Part shown: positions 17,901-25,536 of the stretch, piece by piece
How the letters are laid out: each line of letters begins with the position of its first letter
How positions within the stretch are numbered: position 1 is the stretch's first letter
Assembly (NCBI GenBank): GCA_007130885.1
Contig: SLRQ01000005.1
Span: forward strand, 5,542 to 69,541
Direction: 5' to 3'
DNA from: Deltaproteobacteria bacterium
Lineage (GTDB): Bacteria > Myxococcota > Myxococcia > SLRQ01
Length of the DNA stretch: 64,000 bases
Program-made: the position numbers and the translations under genes
Notes under the pieces: generated by a model
Told to the model about the DNA's origin: nothing
The model's database searches: none
The model's input: the letters and a program-made list of their open reading frames with translations, nothing else

Positions 17901-18256
17901 CCGGCCGCGGTGACCGTCACGTCGGCCTTGCCGATGCGCTCGTCTTGCTCGACCTCGAGCTCGAGTACGTAGTCGCCCTCCGTATCGGCGACGAACCAAG
18001 GGGTGAGAGTGTCGGCTGCGGTGAGCTCGGCCAGGCTGCCGGCTGGAGCCTGTACGATGCGCCAACCGATGGTTATTGGATCGTCCTGGTGCAAATTGAC
18101 GGAGCCTTCAAGTCCCACTAACTCGCCGGTGACGACCTCTTGGTCTTCACCGGCGTCTACTTCCGGTGCTTTGGCGCAGCCGCCGAGTGCCAATAAAGCG
18201 GTTAGCGCAATGGTAAGCGCTCCAAAACCGACACGCTTGGTAAACATGCATTTCAT
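14909..18256 (-). CDS. large cell-surface lipoprotein with multiple PKD-like repeats and an uncharacterised Cys/Trp-rich C-terminal domain
   Basis: ATG at 18256 preceded by GGGAGGGAG. Signal MKCMFTKRVGFGALTIALTALLALGGCAK with lipobox. Repeated ADAG[E/D]DQ.V......L.G....P....W..V..P.GS modules typical of PKD domains. The C-terminal ~250 aa (…GYAYANEGSCLTTPWFYLPESG…FCNEDGVCRDV…) has no obvious family. The 18257-18616 extension in the ORF track is unlikely to be translated. Confidence 0.7.
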   Translation of the reverse strand: MKCMFTKRVGFGALTIALTALLALGGCAKAPEVDAGEDQEVVTGELVGLEGSVNLHQDDPITIGWRIVQAPAGSLAELTAADTLTPWFVADTEGDYVLELEVEQDERIGKADVTVTAAGEHIEMAMLPTADAGEDQSVETNEIAQLVGDVTDPSENGFTVAWHFVSVPEGSKAELSAATSLTPWFLADRAGEYLIELTATNEVGAARDRVRVQADGDPTTFTRNPVADAGDDMMAPAPGMFWNQTTVQLDGTGSFHPEGGPFWLEWVILSAPEGSNTWLDGNQQMTPTLRIDKEGEYEIAAYPCDFEICGRPDTVMVTAEGAHELELVAGNDQEAPVTRRTEQPMVFRAVNSAGQAIPGVPVGPMMVSGPYDEDHPWDDDILFEDDHTNENGLAFASIRFNDVAGPRDILLGALLDTTELGEWDFENWSIAEIEFSATAIAEGIAGIRFDHEDLEEASVLEPFMLTAFVHDQYGNIVSWEDEMEVTLIGHSPATFAEEAETGTVIDGGGTTEVVLQVSGGLAEIELATELSGEIMIDGLIGLEIEGFPGPMQARWDDVTVDFNPGPPVELAFLRLLEGAGGGNAHKDSKRGGNIDVLVVMRDELGNAAYPDGPDKPRFWIHAEGDGEDTPELIDRTGERGIVVGGGGGLPSIFMEGTFFSKRGQWYFGAEVRMTNENAELVTLSLEDESVGLDDSATTARRFTGDPVSFVALNDGPLAGVAGQDLPETVGVRVEDEDGLPIPGLWVEWSVEEGGGEVEGHPGWGRWSNTNQNGEAFVNWWRLGPDAGDDNNMLEAELSTGCDFELDPVEFVASAEPSVPARLVLLPIDQPEAGDETVELEIELQDAFGHLVEDSDPVRFTLEETWDRARFTAAVEGSIIEGEGARIVYVETEYGRVVVELTTDTFSQTRFTARDTDNTGLSFEGFGGTQPLYQADFQGNDGGMTPDTPFDGRSSSWEWGTPTYGPSGVTGKFNSRAWGTHLGGYAYANEGSCLTTPWFYLPESGSSLRTRFDIWAETQNQMEWWSMFCNEDGVCRDVTNRTWDDTPYWNSHNRLMAAHNYNALAGSHVQFMVCTLAHFNPFWDDPPAGIYQSSLDISIWTGSDPSVNFAPAPEDP

Positions 18257-18468
18257 GAAGATCTCCCTCCCAATAAGGTAGATGAATCGAGGCCGAGGGA
18301 TCTCGGCCAGCGCACTATAGCGGCCACAAGGACGGGTAGCAACTTGAATTTCAGTGACCAGCACTGGTGGTGCGCAATTTATGCGGCATGTTTGGGACTT
18401 GCCACTGATCCGGGGCTCCCTACATCTAGCTAACCCACGGCGTGAACAGCGGCCCGGAGTGCCCGCGC

Positions 18469-21180
18469 ATGATCGATAAGGTCCCGACAAAGCCATGGCA
18501 TGCAGCATCAAGCACCGATGTGCTCGGTCAGCTGAGCGCGGATTTGGAAGGATTGTCGGAGGAGGAAGCACAGCGACGATTGGAGCGGTTCGGAGAGAAC
18601 CGCGTGGAGCAAGCACTAGGCAGCACCGCTTGGGAGCGCCTGAAAGGGCAGCTTACCAACATCCTCATCATATTATTGATCGCCTCCGCCATACTCGCCG
18701 CGCTGGTTGGAGCCTTACTTGACGCGGTCGTGATCCTGGCGGTGGTGGTCGTGAATACCGTCATAGGATTCGTGCAAGAAGGAAAGGCCGAACGGGCAAT
18801 CGAGAGCATCAAGAGAATGCTCTCACCCAAGGCCAGGGTCTTGCGCAAAGGGGTCCGGCACGAAATCGACGCGGAAAGGGTCGTGCCGGGGGACATAGTA
18901 GTCCTGAAGGCTGGGGATAGGGTTCCGGCCGATCTCCGCCTGCTGGAAGTCGATGCGCTAAGTGCCGATGAGGCGGTGCTTACGGGGGAGTCGGTCTCTT
19001 CGAGCAAGCAGGTCGAGCCCGTGGACGAGGAAGCAGAGCTCGGGGACCGCCTCTGCATGGCTTACTCGAGCACGGTGATCACCAGCGGAGGCGGGAAGGG
19101 TGTGGTGATCGCCACGGGAACCGAGACGGAGGTTGGGCGAATCTCCAGCATGCTCGCCCACGTCAGGAAAATTCGCACGCCGCTTTTGCGGAAGATGGAC
19201 CAGTTCGGCAAGCTGCTCAGCATAATCATAGTAGCCGTCGCCGCGCTTACCTTCGTGATTGGTTATCTGCTGCGAGACTACGGCCTTCTGGAGATGTTCT
19301 TGGCTTCGCTGAGCCTGGCCGTGGCGGCAATCCCTGAAGGCCTGCCCGCGATAATGACCATTACGCTCGCCATGGGCGTTCGCCGCATGGCGGCTCGCAA
19401 GGCCATTATCCGTCGCTTGCCGGCCGTGGAAACGCTCGGTTCCGTCACGGTGATCTGCTCCGACAAGACCGGCACGTTGACGCGAAACGAGATGACCTTG
19501 AAAACAGTGGTCACGAGGGATGCCGAGTACCACGTGGAGGGAGTAGGGTATGTGCCGAAAGGGCGGTTTCGTCGCGGCGAGCGTGTAGTATCTTTGCTGG
19601 AGCAGCAAGACTTGCTTCAAGTATTGAGGGCGGGCTTGCTTTGTGGAGATGCCTTGCTTCACTGGCGCGACGGCAAGTGGCTCATCGAGGGAGATCCCAC
19701 GGAGGGGGCCTTGGTCGTCGGCGCCGTCAAGGCCGGCCTCGAGCGGGTGCGGGAGAGCAAGGCCAATCCTCGCCGAGGCGTCATCCCTTTCGACTCCAGG
19801 CACAAGTTCATGGCGACCCGGCACGATACTTCGCGTGGAGACGGAATCATCTACGTGAAGGGGGCTCCCGATACCTTGTTGGATATGTGCGATCTTCAGC
19901 AGCAGGGGGAAGAGCTGGAAAAGATAGATGTGGACTGGTGGCATGCGAAAGTAAAGGAGGTCGCTTCAAGGGGACAAAGGACTCTTGGCATCGCCTACCG
20001 AAAAGTTTCACCAGGTCGAAAGGGGCTGACATTCGACGACCTCGAGAGCGGGGTGGTGTTTTTGGGGCTCGTCGGAATGATCGATCCTCCAAGAGAGGAA
20101 GCGATTCAGGCGGTGGATGCGTGTCACTCGGCCGGGATCAACGTGAAAATGATTACAGGAGATCACGCCGTGACGGCGCAGTCGGTGGCCCGGCAGATGC
20201 ACATCGAAAAAGGCGGCGTCATGACAGGCCGGGAGATAGAGCACGCTTCCGAAGAAGATCTAGCAAGTCGTGCCCTGGAGGTGAACGTCTTCGCAAGAAG
20301 CAGTCCCGAGCACAAGCTGCGCTTGGTACGGGGGCTTCAACAGCGGCGTGAGGTGGTCGCGATGACAGGGGACGGTGTCAACGACGCCCCGTCGCTGAAA
20401 CAAGCGGACATCGGCATAGCGATGGGTCAGAAAGGAACCGATGCGGCAAGAGAGGTCTCGGAGATGGTGCTTGCCGACGACAACTTCGCTTCCATAGCAA
20501 ACGCGGTCGAGGAGGGCCGTGGCGTATACGATAATCTGCGCAAGACCCTCATATTCATCCTTCCGACGAACGGAGGGCAGGCTCTTACCATCGTTGCCGC
20601 TATCGCGCTCGGTCTTGCGCTTCCTCTTCGTCCCGTGCACGTGCTCTGGGTCAACATGGTGGTTGCCGTGACGTTGGCGTTGGCTCTGGCATTCGAGCCG
20701 ATAGAGCGGGATGTAATGCAGCGAAGGCCGCGACACCCGGATACGCCGCTCATCACGACTTTTCTGATGTGGCGAATCGGGTTCATGTCCGCTCTGCTGC
20801 TGATCGGAACTCTTGGCCACTTCTCGCTGGAGCTGTTCGTCTCGGGTCGGGGTCTCGACTATGCTCGCACGGCCGCGATCAACACGCTGGTGATGGGCCA
20901 GGTCTTCTACCTTTTCAACAGCCGCTACATGGTGAGAGCCACCGCGAACAAGGAAGGCATTTTCGGCAGCCGGGCTGTGTGGCTCGCCGTCGGGGTGCTC
21001 TTGTTGCTGCAAGCTGCCTTCAATTTCTTGGAGCCCATGCAGGTGGTCTTCGGCACGGTGGAGCTCGAGTGGCTGGCTTGGGCTCGGATTCTGGGGTTCG
21101 GTATAGCGGTCTATGTACTGGTCGAGGTGGAAAAAGCGGTCTTGCGATGGAAATGGGGGTGCAGCGAGGCGGTGCGTTAG
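18469..21180 (+). CDS. cation-transporting P-type ATPase (P2-type, Ca2+/Mg2+-ATPase-like)
   Basis: DKTGTLT phosphorylation motif and TGDGVNDAPSLK hinge motif. 10 TM segments. The N-terminal cation ATPase domain starts MIDKVPTKPWHA. Confidence 0.85.
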   Translation: MIDKVPTKPWHAASSTDVLGQLSADLEGLSEEEAQRRLERFGENRVEQALGSTAWERLKGQLTNILIILLIASAILAALVGALLDAVVILAVVVVNTVIGFVQEGKAERAIESIKRMLSPKARVLRKGVRHEIDAERVVPGDIVVLKAGDRVPADLRLLEVDALSADEAVLTGESVSSSKQVEPVDEEAELGDRLCMAYSSTVITSGGGKGVVIATGTETEVGRISSMLAHVRKIRTPLLRKMDQFGKLLSIIIVAVAALTFVIGYLLRDYGLLEMFLASLSLAVAAIPEGLPAIMTITLAMGVRRMAARKAIIRRLPAVETLGSVTVICSDKTGTLTRNEMTLKTVVTRDAEYHVEGVGYVPKGRFRRGERVVSLLEQQDLLQVLRAGLLCGDALLHWRDGKWLIEGDPTEGALVVGAVKAGLERVRESKANPRRGVIPFDSRHKFMATRHDTSRGDGIIYVKGAPDTLLDMCDLQQQGEELEKIDVDWWHAKVKEVASRGQRTLGIAYRKVSPGRKGLTFDDLESGVVFLGLVGMIDPPREEAIQAVDACHSAGINVKMITGDHAVTAQSVARQMHIEKGGVMTGREIEHASEEDLASRALEVNVFARSSPEHKLRLVRGLQQRREVVAMTGDGVNDAPSLKQADIGIAMGQKGTDAAREVSEMVLADDNFASIANAVEEGRGVYDNLRKTLIFILPTNGGQALTIVAAIALGLALPLRPVHVLWVNMVVAVTLALALAFEPIERDVMQRRPRHPDTPLITTFLMWRIGFMSALLLIGTLGHFSLELFVSGRGLDYARTAAINTLVMGQVFYLFNSRYMVRATANKEGIFGSRAVWLAVGVLLLLQAAFNFLEPMQVVFGTVELEWLAWARILGFGIAVYVLVEVEKAVLRWKWGCSEAVR

Positions 21181-21185
21181 CGCTG

Positions 21186-22016
21186 TCAGCCCAGAACATA
21201 AGGCCGCCCGGTTTCGGGCTCGGTTCCGGCAACCAGTGGAGTTTGATAGACCTCTTCGAGAACGTCCGGGCGCAGGACGGACAAAGGTGGTCCTTCGGCG
21301 GCTATTGCTCCCTCGTTCAACAGCAGAAGCCGATCGCAGGTGCTCGCCGCGAGGTTGAGATCGTGCAAGACCACCAGCACCGCGATTCCTCGCTCCTCGA
21401 CGCGCTTGCGTAGCGCTTCGAACAGTCGCCGGCGGTGGCGCAGGTCCAGATGAGCGGTCGGCTCGTCGCAGAGCAGGATTCGGGGGTCCTGCGCCAGTGC
21501 GCGCGCTATGAAAGCTCTTTGCCTCTCGCCGCCTGACAAGCGGTCGACAGGCCGGGTCGCCAGATCCTCCAGATCCATCTCTGAAAGAATCTCTCGCACA
21601 AGCGCGATGTCGCCGGCCCCTTCCAAACCGAGACGTCCCAGGTGAGGAGCCCGGCCCATCAACGCCAGCTCTTCCACGGTGAACGAGAAGGGAACGCTCA
21701 GGTCCTGCGGAACCAGAGCTGTTTTTCGCGCTAGTTCTTTGCGGGACCAGCTTGCGAGGCTCCTGCCCGACACGAGACACTCTCCTTCATCGGCCGTCAG
21801 CAGGCCGGCGCAGACTCTCAACAGTGTTGACTTGCCCGCGCCGTTTGGGCCAACGATTCCGACCATCTCTCCCCCGGCGATTGCGGCACTGACGGTGTCC
21901 AACACCAGGTCGCCTCCGCGGGTCCAGCGAAAACAGACTTCGCGAAGCTCGAGGACGGTTTCGCCGGGGGCTCCGCGGGGCTTCTCGACCGGTGCCGCTT
22001 CCGTTCCCTCTCTCAT
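21186..22016 (-). CDS. btuD: ABC transporter ATP-binding protein of the cobalamin/iron-chelate uptake family
   Basis: Walker A GPNGAGKSTLLR, LSGGERQR signature, Walker B ILLCDEP. Last gene of the riboswitch-controlled operon. A 4-bp overlap with the upstream permease gives translational coupling. Confidence 0.8.
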   Translation of the reverse strand: MREGTEAAPVEKPRGAPGETVLELREVCFRWTRGGDLVLDTVSAAIAGGEMVGIVGPNGAGKSTLLRVCAGLLTADEGECLVSGRSLASWSRKELARKTALVPQDLSVPFSFTVEELALMGRAPHLGRLGLEGAGDIALVREILSEMDLEDLATRPVDRLSGGERQRAFIARALAQDPRILLCDEPTAHLDLRHRRRLFEALRKRVEERGIAVLVVLHDLNLAASTCDRLLLLNEGAIAAEGPPLSVLRPDVLEEVYQTPLVAGTEPETGRPYVLG

Positions 22017-23206
22017 CGCGCCCTCCTACTGGACCCTCGACGAAGCAGGACCAGGAAAAGGGGCGCCCCAATCAAAGCGGTGACCGCTCCAACGGGAGGC
22101 TCCGTGCCCACGGGGATGAAGGCGAGCCTTGCGGCGAGATCACAGCAGGCGAGGAATGCGGCTCCGCCCAGGATGGAGGCCGGCAGCAGCAGCCTGTGAT
22201 CGGGTCCAAGCACGAGGCGGAGCATGTGCGGCACCACAAGGCCCACGAAACCGACCAGTCCCGCCAAGCTGACCGTTGCCCCTATCATCAAGGAAATGAC
22301 CACGACCAGCTCCAGGCGCGTCCTGTCCACGTCCACGCCCAGGCTGGCCGCGCTCTCCTCTCCAAGGGAAAGGAAGTTGAGCTTGGACGCGTTTGCCACC
22401 AAGAACCCGATGCCGGCAATTACGATGACCGCACCAACCGCGATGTGTGACCAGGGTTTGTGCGCCAGGGTTCCCACCAGCCAGGGCAGAAGAGCGTGAG
22501 CTTGCTCGGGTGTCACCAGCGTGCGCAGGAACAATATGACCGCGGCGGCGAACGCGTTGAAAACGACGCCCGCCAGGAGCAGAGCGTGCGGGTCTAGACG
22601 CCCGGCCGGACGAGCTATCCAGAGCATCAGCATCGTGGTCGTAAGTGCTCCGACGGCGGCGGCCAATGATATGGGAACCGCTCTGTACCACCCGCCCGCC
22701 TCGGCGGATTCGCCGATCGCTAGAGTATCCGCGCCGGTCAGCACTTGCCCCAGAGCCGTTGTGGACAGAAGGGTTGCGGCCAGGATGGCAAGCGTTGCGC
22801 CGAGGGCCGCTCCTCCGCTGACGCCCAGAACGAAGGGATCGGCGAGTGGATTCCTCAGTATTGCCTGGAGCGTGGCGCCGGCGCCTCCCAGCGCACCGCC
22901 GACCAGCAGACCAAGAACGAGCCTGGGCAAGCGAACTCCGGCGACGATGGTGTGGTCAAGTGAGCCCGATGTGAGAACCATTCCAAGCCGTACGGGCCGG
23001 ACGCCGAGTAACAGGGCCAGCGACGCCACCGCCAAGACCACGACACCGAGAGCGAGAAGACAAAAAGCCCACTTGCGGGGCGTAAGCCTCGTTCTTTCTC
23101 GAGAGGTCCTCTTTCCGGCTTGCATGTCTTTTTTCGGAACGTCTTTGCTCCGATAATCCTGATCGGCCGGCCGCGTGGCATTCGGCTGGGAGTGGCGGGG
23201 GGTCAT
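22013..23206 (-). CDS. btuC: FecCD-family ABC permease (cobalamin/iron-siderophore type)
   Basis: Polytopic membrane protein of FecCD/BtuC family length. Translationally coupled on both sides. Confidence 0.75.
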   Translation of the reverse strand: MTPRHSQPNATRPADQDYRSKDVPKKDMQAGKRTSRERTRLTPRKWAFCLLALGVVVLAVASLALLLGVRPVRLGMVLTSGSLDHTIVAGVRLPRLVLGLLVGGALGGAGATLQAILRNPLADPFVLGVSGGAALGATLAILAATLLSTTALGQVLTGADTLAIGESAEAGGWYRAVPISLAAAVGALTTTMLMLWIARPAGRLDPHALLLAGVVFNAFAAAVILFLRTLVTPEQAHALLPWLVGTLAHKPWSHIAVGAVIVIAGIGFLVANASKLNFLSLGEESAASLGVDVDRTRLELVVVISLMIGATVSLAGLVGFVGLVVPHMLRLVLGPDHRLLLPASILGGAAFLACCDLAARLAFIPVGTEPPVGAVTALIGAPLFLVLLRRGSSRRAR

Positions 23207-24309
23207 TCCTTGATGGCTCGGCCTCTGTCCCAGGCTAGGGTAGCGGCTAGGATTTCCTCTCTTGCCTCCGGATGCAATGCCGTGAGCACCTGGAGGGCGG
23301 AGGCCGGAATGGCGGGGCCGGGACGGAGCAGGGCATTGCCGGGTATTTTGGTGTGTCTGGTGCCCTCCATCCGAGGCAAGGCCTCCGCCTTTCCGTCCGC
23401 CAGCATGGCGGCCTCGATGATTACATCCGGTTGCTGCGATATCAAAAGCTCGAGAGGGTAAGCAGGGTAAGGCGTACCAGCGCTCCTTGCTATGTTCTCG
23501 CCACCGGCCAGCGAGAGCAGCTCGTCGCCGAAAGAGCCCGGCCCGGCAAGAACGAGAGGATCCCTTCCGTAGATAATGGCTGCTCTCGGTGGGTCCCTGT
23601 CCGATGCCGCCTCCTTGATTGTTTCCAGAGCCGCGTCGAAAGAGGCTACGAGCGCTCTTGCTTCATCATGACGTCCGATCCTCGAGCCGACCGCGGAAAT
23701 CGCGGTTCTGGCGCCGGCCACGCCGCCGTGTGGCACCACCAGCACCGGAATGCCCAGCTCTGCCAGGCGTTTCACCGATTCTCGATTGCCTGGGCTTGGC
23801 TCGGCGATGACGAGATTGGGCCTTGTCGCCAAGACCGCTTCCAGGCTCGGGTCGAGAAAGCCCCCTATGCGCGGCACCGACCGGGCGCTGGGGTGATCAC
23901 AAAAGCGGGTTACGCCAACTAGAAGCTCGGATGCTTCCAGGGCCGCCACGATGTCCGTCATCGCAGGGGAGAGGGTGACTACCCGGGAAGGGTTGGCTTC
24001 AGGCGACGGACCCATCATGTAGGGCTCGGCGCTAGATGGTCGCTCGTCCTTGGGTTCCGGCTTGGAGTGTTCGTGCTTCCAGTTTACGGCATTCTCGTCA
24101 AGCGACGTCGCGGCTTCTTGGTCCAGGCATGAAATCGAAAGGGTCGCCGGCAACATCGCCACAAGCAAGATATGAAGAGCGAGCCGGCGCCTTCGGTGAG
24201 AGGCTCCGCGAGCGAATATAGGCTCGCTCGACGCGCGCTTGCACCTTGCAAGGCGGATGAGTGCCTTGCATCTAGGCGCGCCCATTAGCGCCATGGGGCC
24301 ATTGTTCAT
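23203..24309 (-). CDS. btuF: periplasmic substrate-binding protein, cluster A (BtuF/TroA-like) cobalamin-binding
   Basis: VVTLSPAMTDIVAALEASELLVGVTRFCDHP is typical of BtuF-like class III SBPs. N-terminal signal/anchor. Confidence 0.7.
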   Translation of the reverse strand: MNNGPMALMGAPRCKALIRLARCKRASSEPIFARGASHRRRRLALHILLVAMLPATLSISCLDQEAATSLDENAVNWKHEHSKPEPKDERPSSAEPYMMGPSPEANPSRVVTLSPAMTDIVAALEASELLVGVTRFCDHPSARSVPRIGGFLDPSLEAVLATRPNLVIAEPSPGNRESVKRLAELGIPVLVVPHGGVAGARTAISAVGSRIGRHDEARALVASFDAALETIKEAASDRDPPRAAIIYGRDPLVLAGPGSFGDELLSLAGGENIARSAGTPYPAYPLELLISQQPDVIIEAAMLADGKAEALPRMEGTRHTKIPGNALLRPGPAIPASALQVLTALHPEAREEILAATLAWDRGRAIKE

Positions 24310-25499
24310 GGGCTCTCCGCCTCAATCTCGATGATCGCCACGATGCCGTGCCCCGCGGGCTGCATGTCTTCGTCCATATTGTTCAAAGCGACGAGCGCCC
24401 GGCCGTCGCCCGTCAATGCGACTCCTTGAGGAAGAGCGCTGGGCTTCATTTCGCCCAGCGGCAGCAGATCCTCGCCGGACGGCAGACCGGCGCGGGCGAC
24501 GATCCCTCCGGCGTCGAGATCGACCAATACAAGCTCATTCATAAGCCACAAGGTCACGAGGACCTCGTTCCTCGACAGCAGGGCGAGGCTCATTGGGTTG
24601 GTGCCGTTGCCGAGGAAAACCTCATGGGTCGTGGCGGCGGATGGATCCGCGTTGAGGTCGAGCACCTGCAGGGTTTGCGATGTCGAGTTCACGACAAGAG
24701 CCCTGTCCTCGTCGATGATTATGTCGTTTGGAGTCTCGCCTAGCTGCCAGTGAAAGGGGGTGGCCTCCATGTCGCCCTCGAGATCCACCAAGCTCGCGGT
24801 GCCTGCGAGCCCGTCGAGCACGATGGCTTTCTCCTCACCCCATCTAGCGAGAGAGCCGGCTCCGTCTCCCGCGGTTACTCGGCTGGAGATTACCGCGTTG
24901 CGCGCATCGTCCTCCTCCGCGCCCGGCTCGAGACGGAAGCGGACCACTTCGGAGCTCGAGAAACACGAGGCCAGTATCTCATCTTCCGGAGATTCGGCCA
25001 GACCGGCTATGGACTGGAAAAGATTCTCTTCGAAGTTCGAGGGGCATAGAACGACAGGGTCCTCGTGATCGTGAATTATGTCTCCGAGAAGGTCTGTTAC
25101 GAACACCCGGCCGTCCGAGCCATCCGCTATCACCAGTACTTCTTCGAAGACCTTCATGGCTCCGGGCATGCCGCCAAGATGCGTGGACTCCGCGATGGAC
25201 ATATCCGACAGATCTATGATGACTAGGCGACCCTCATTTTCGCCCCATGTTCCGCCGCAAGTGACGTAGGCCATGTCTTGATAAACGGTGATGTAACCGG
25301 GAACCAGGCAGTCCGGCCCAAGATCAATCACCTGCGTCAGCTCCATTGTCCTTGCGAGCTCTTCTTCGTCGTTACCGTTCGCCGCAGGCTCGCCGCAGCC
25401 CAGGACGAAGAAGAGTGCGGTCGAAGCGGCCACGGCCGCCGCGACCCAGCGGCGGCTAATTGAAACGAGAAAGTGAGGAGCGGTCAATTCGAAGTTCAT
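24306..25499 (-). CDS. YVTN-type beta-propeller lipoprotein embedded in the B12 uptake operon (BtuG-like candidate)
   Basis: Lipoprotein signal ...ALFFVLGCGEP. Six or more repeats of the hydrophobic-strand pattern (YVTCGG..GRLVIIDLSD; LVIADGSDGRVFVTDL; AIVLDGLAGTASLVDLEG; ALVVNSTSQTLQVLDLNA; VLVTLWLMNELVLVDLDAG; ALVALNNMDE), characteristic of a beta-propeller. 4-bp overlap with btuF. Confidence 0.55.
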   Translation of the reverse strand: MNFELTAPHFLVSISRRWVAAAVAASTALFFVLGCGEPAANGNDEEELARTMELTQVIDLGPDCLVPGYITVYQDMAYVTCGGTWGENEGRLVIIDLSDMSIAESTHLGGMPGAMKVFEEVLVIADGSDGRVFVTDLLGDIIHDHEDPVVLCPSNFEENLFQSIAGLAESPEDEILASCFSSSEVVRFRLEPGAEEDDARNAVISSRVTAGDGAGSLARWGEEKAIVLDGLAGTASLVDLEGDMEATPFHWQLGETPNDIIIDEDRALVVNSTSQTLQVLDLNADPSAATTHEVFLGNGTNPMSLALLSRNEVLVTLWLMNELVLVDLDAGGIVARAGLPSGEDLLPLGEMKPSALPQGVALTGDGRALVALNNMDEDMQPAGHGIVAIIEIEAESP

Positions 25500-25536
25500 G
25501 TGAGTCTCCGGGGGAAAGTTGAGTAGGGAAGGCGGG

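Noticed and set aside
18257-18616. N-terminal 120-aa extension of the large lipoprotein ORF
   Set aside because: A strong GGGAGGGAG RBS and a canonical lipoprotein signal start at ATG 18256. The extension is Pro/Arg-rich with no signal peptide and would run into the divergent P-type ATPase promoter region.
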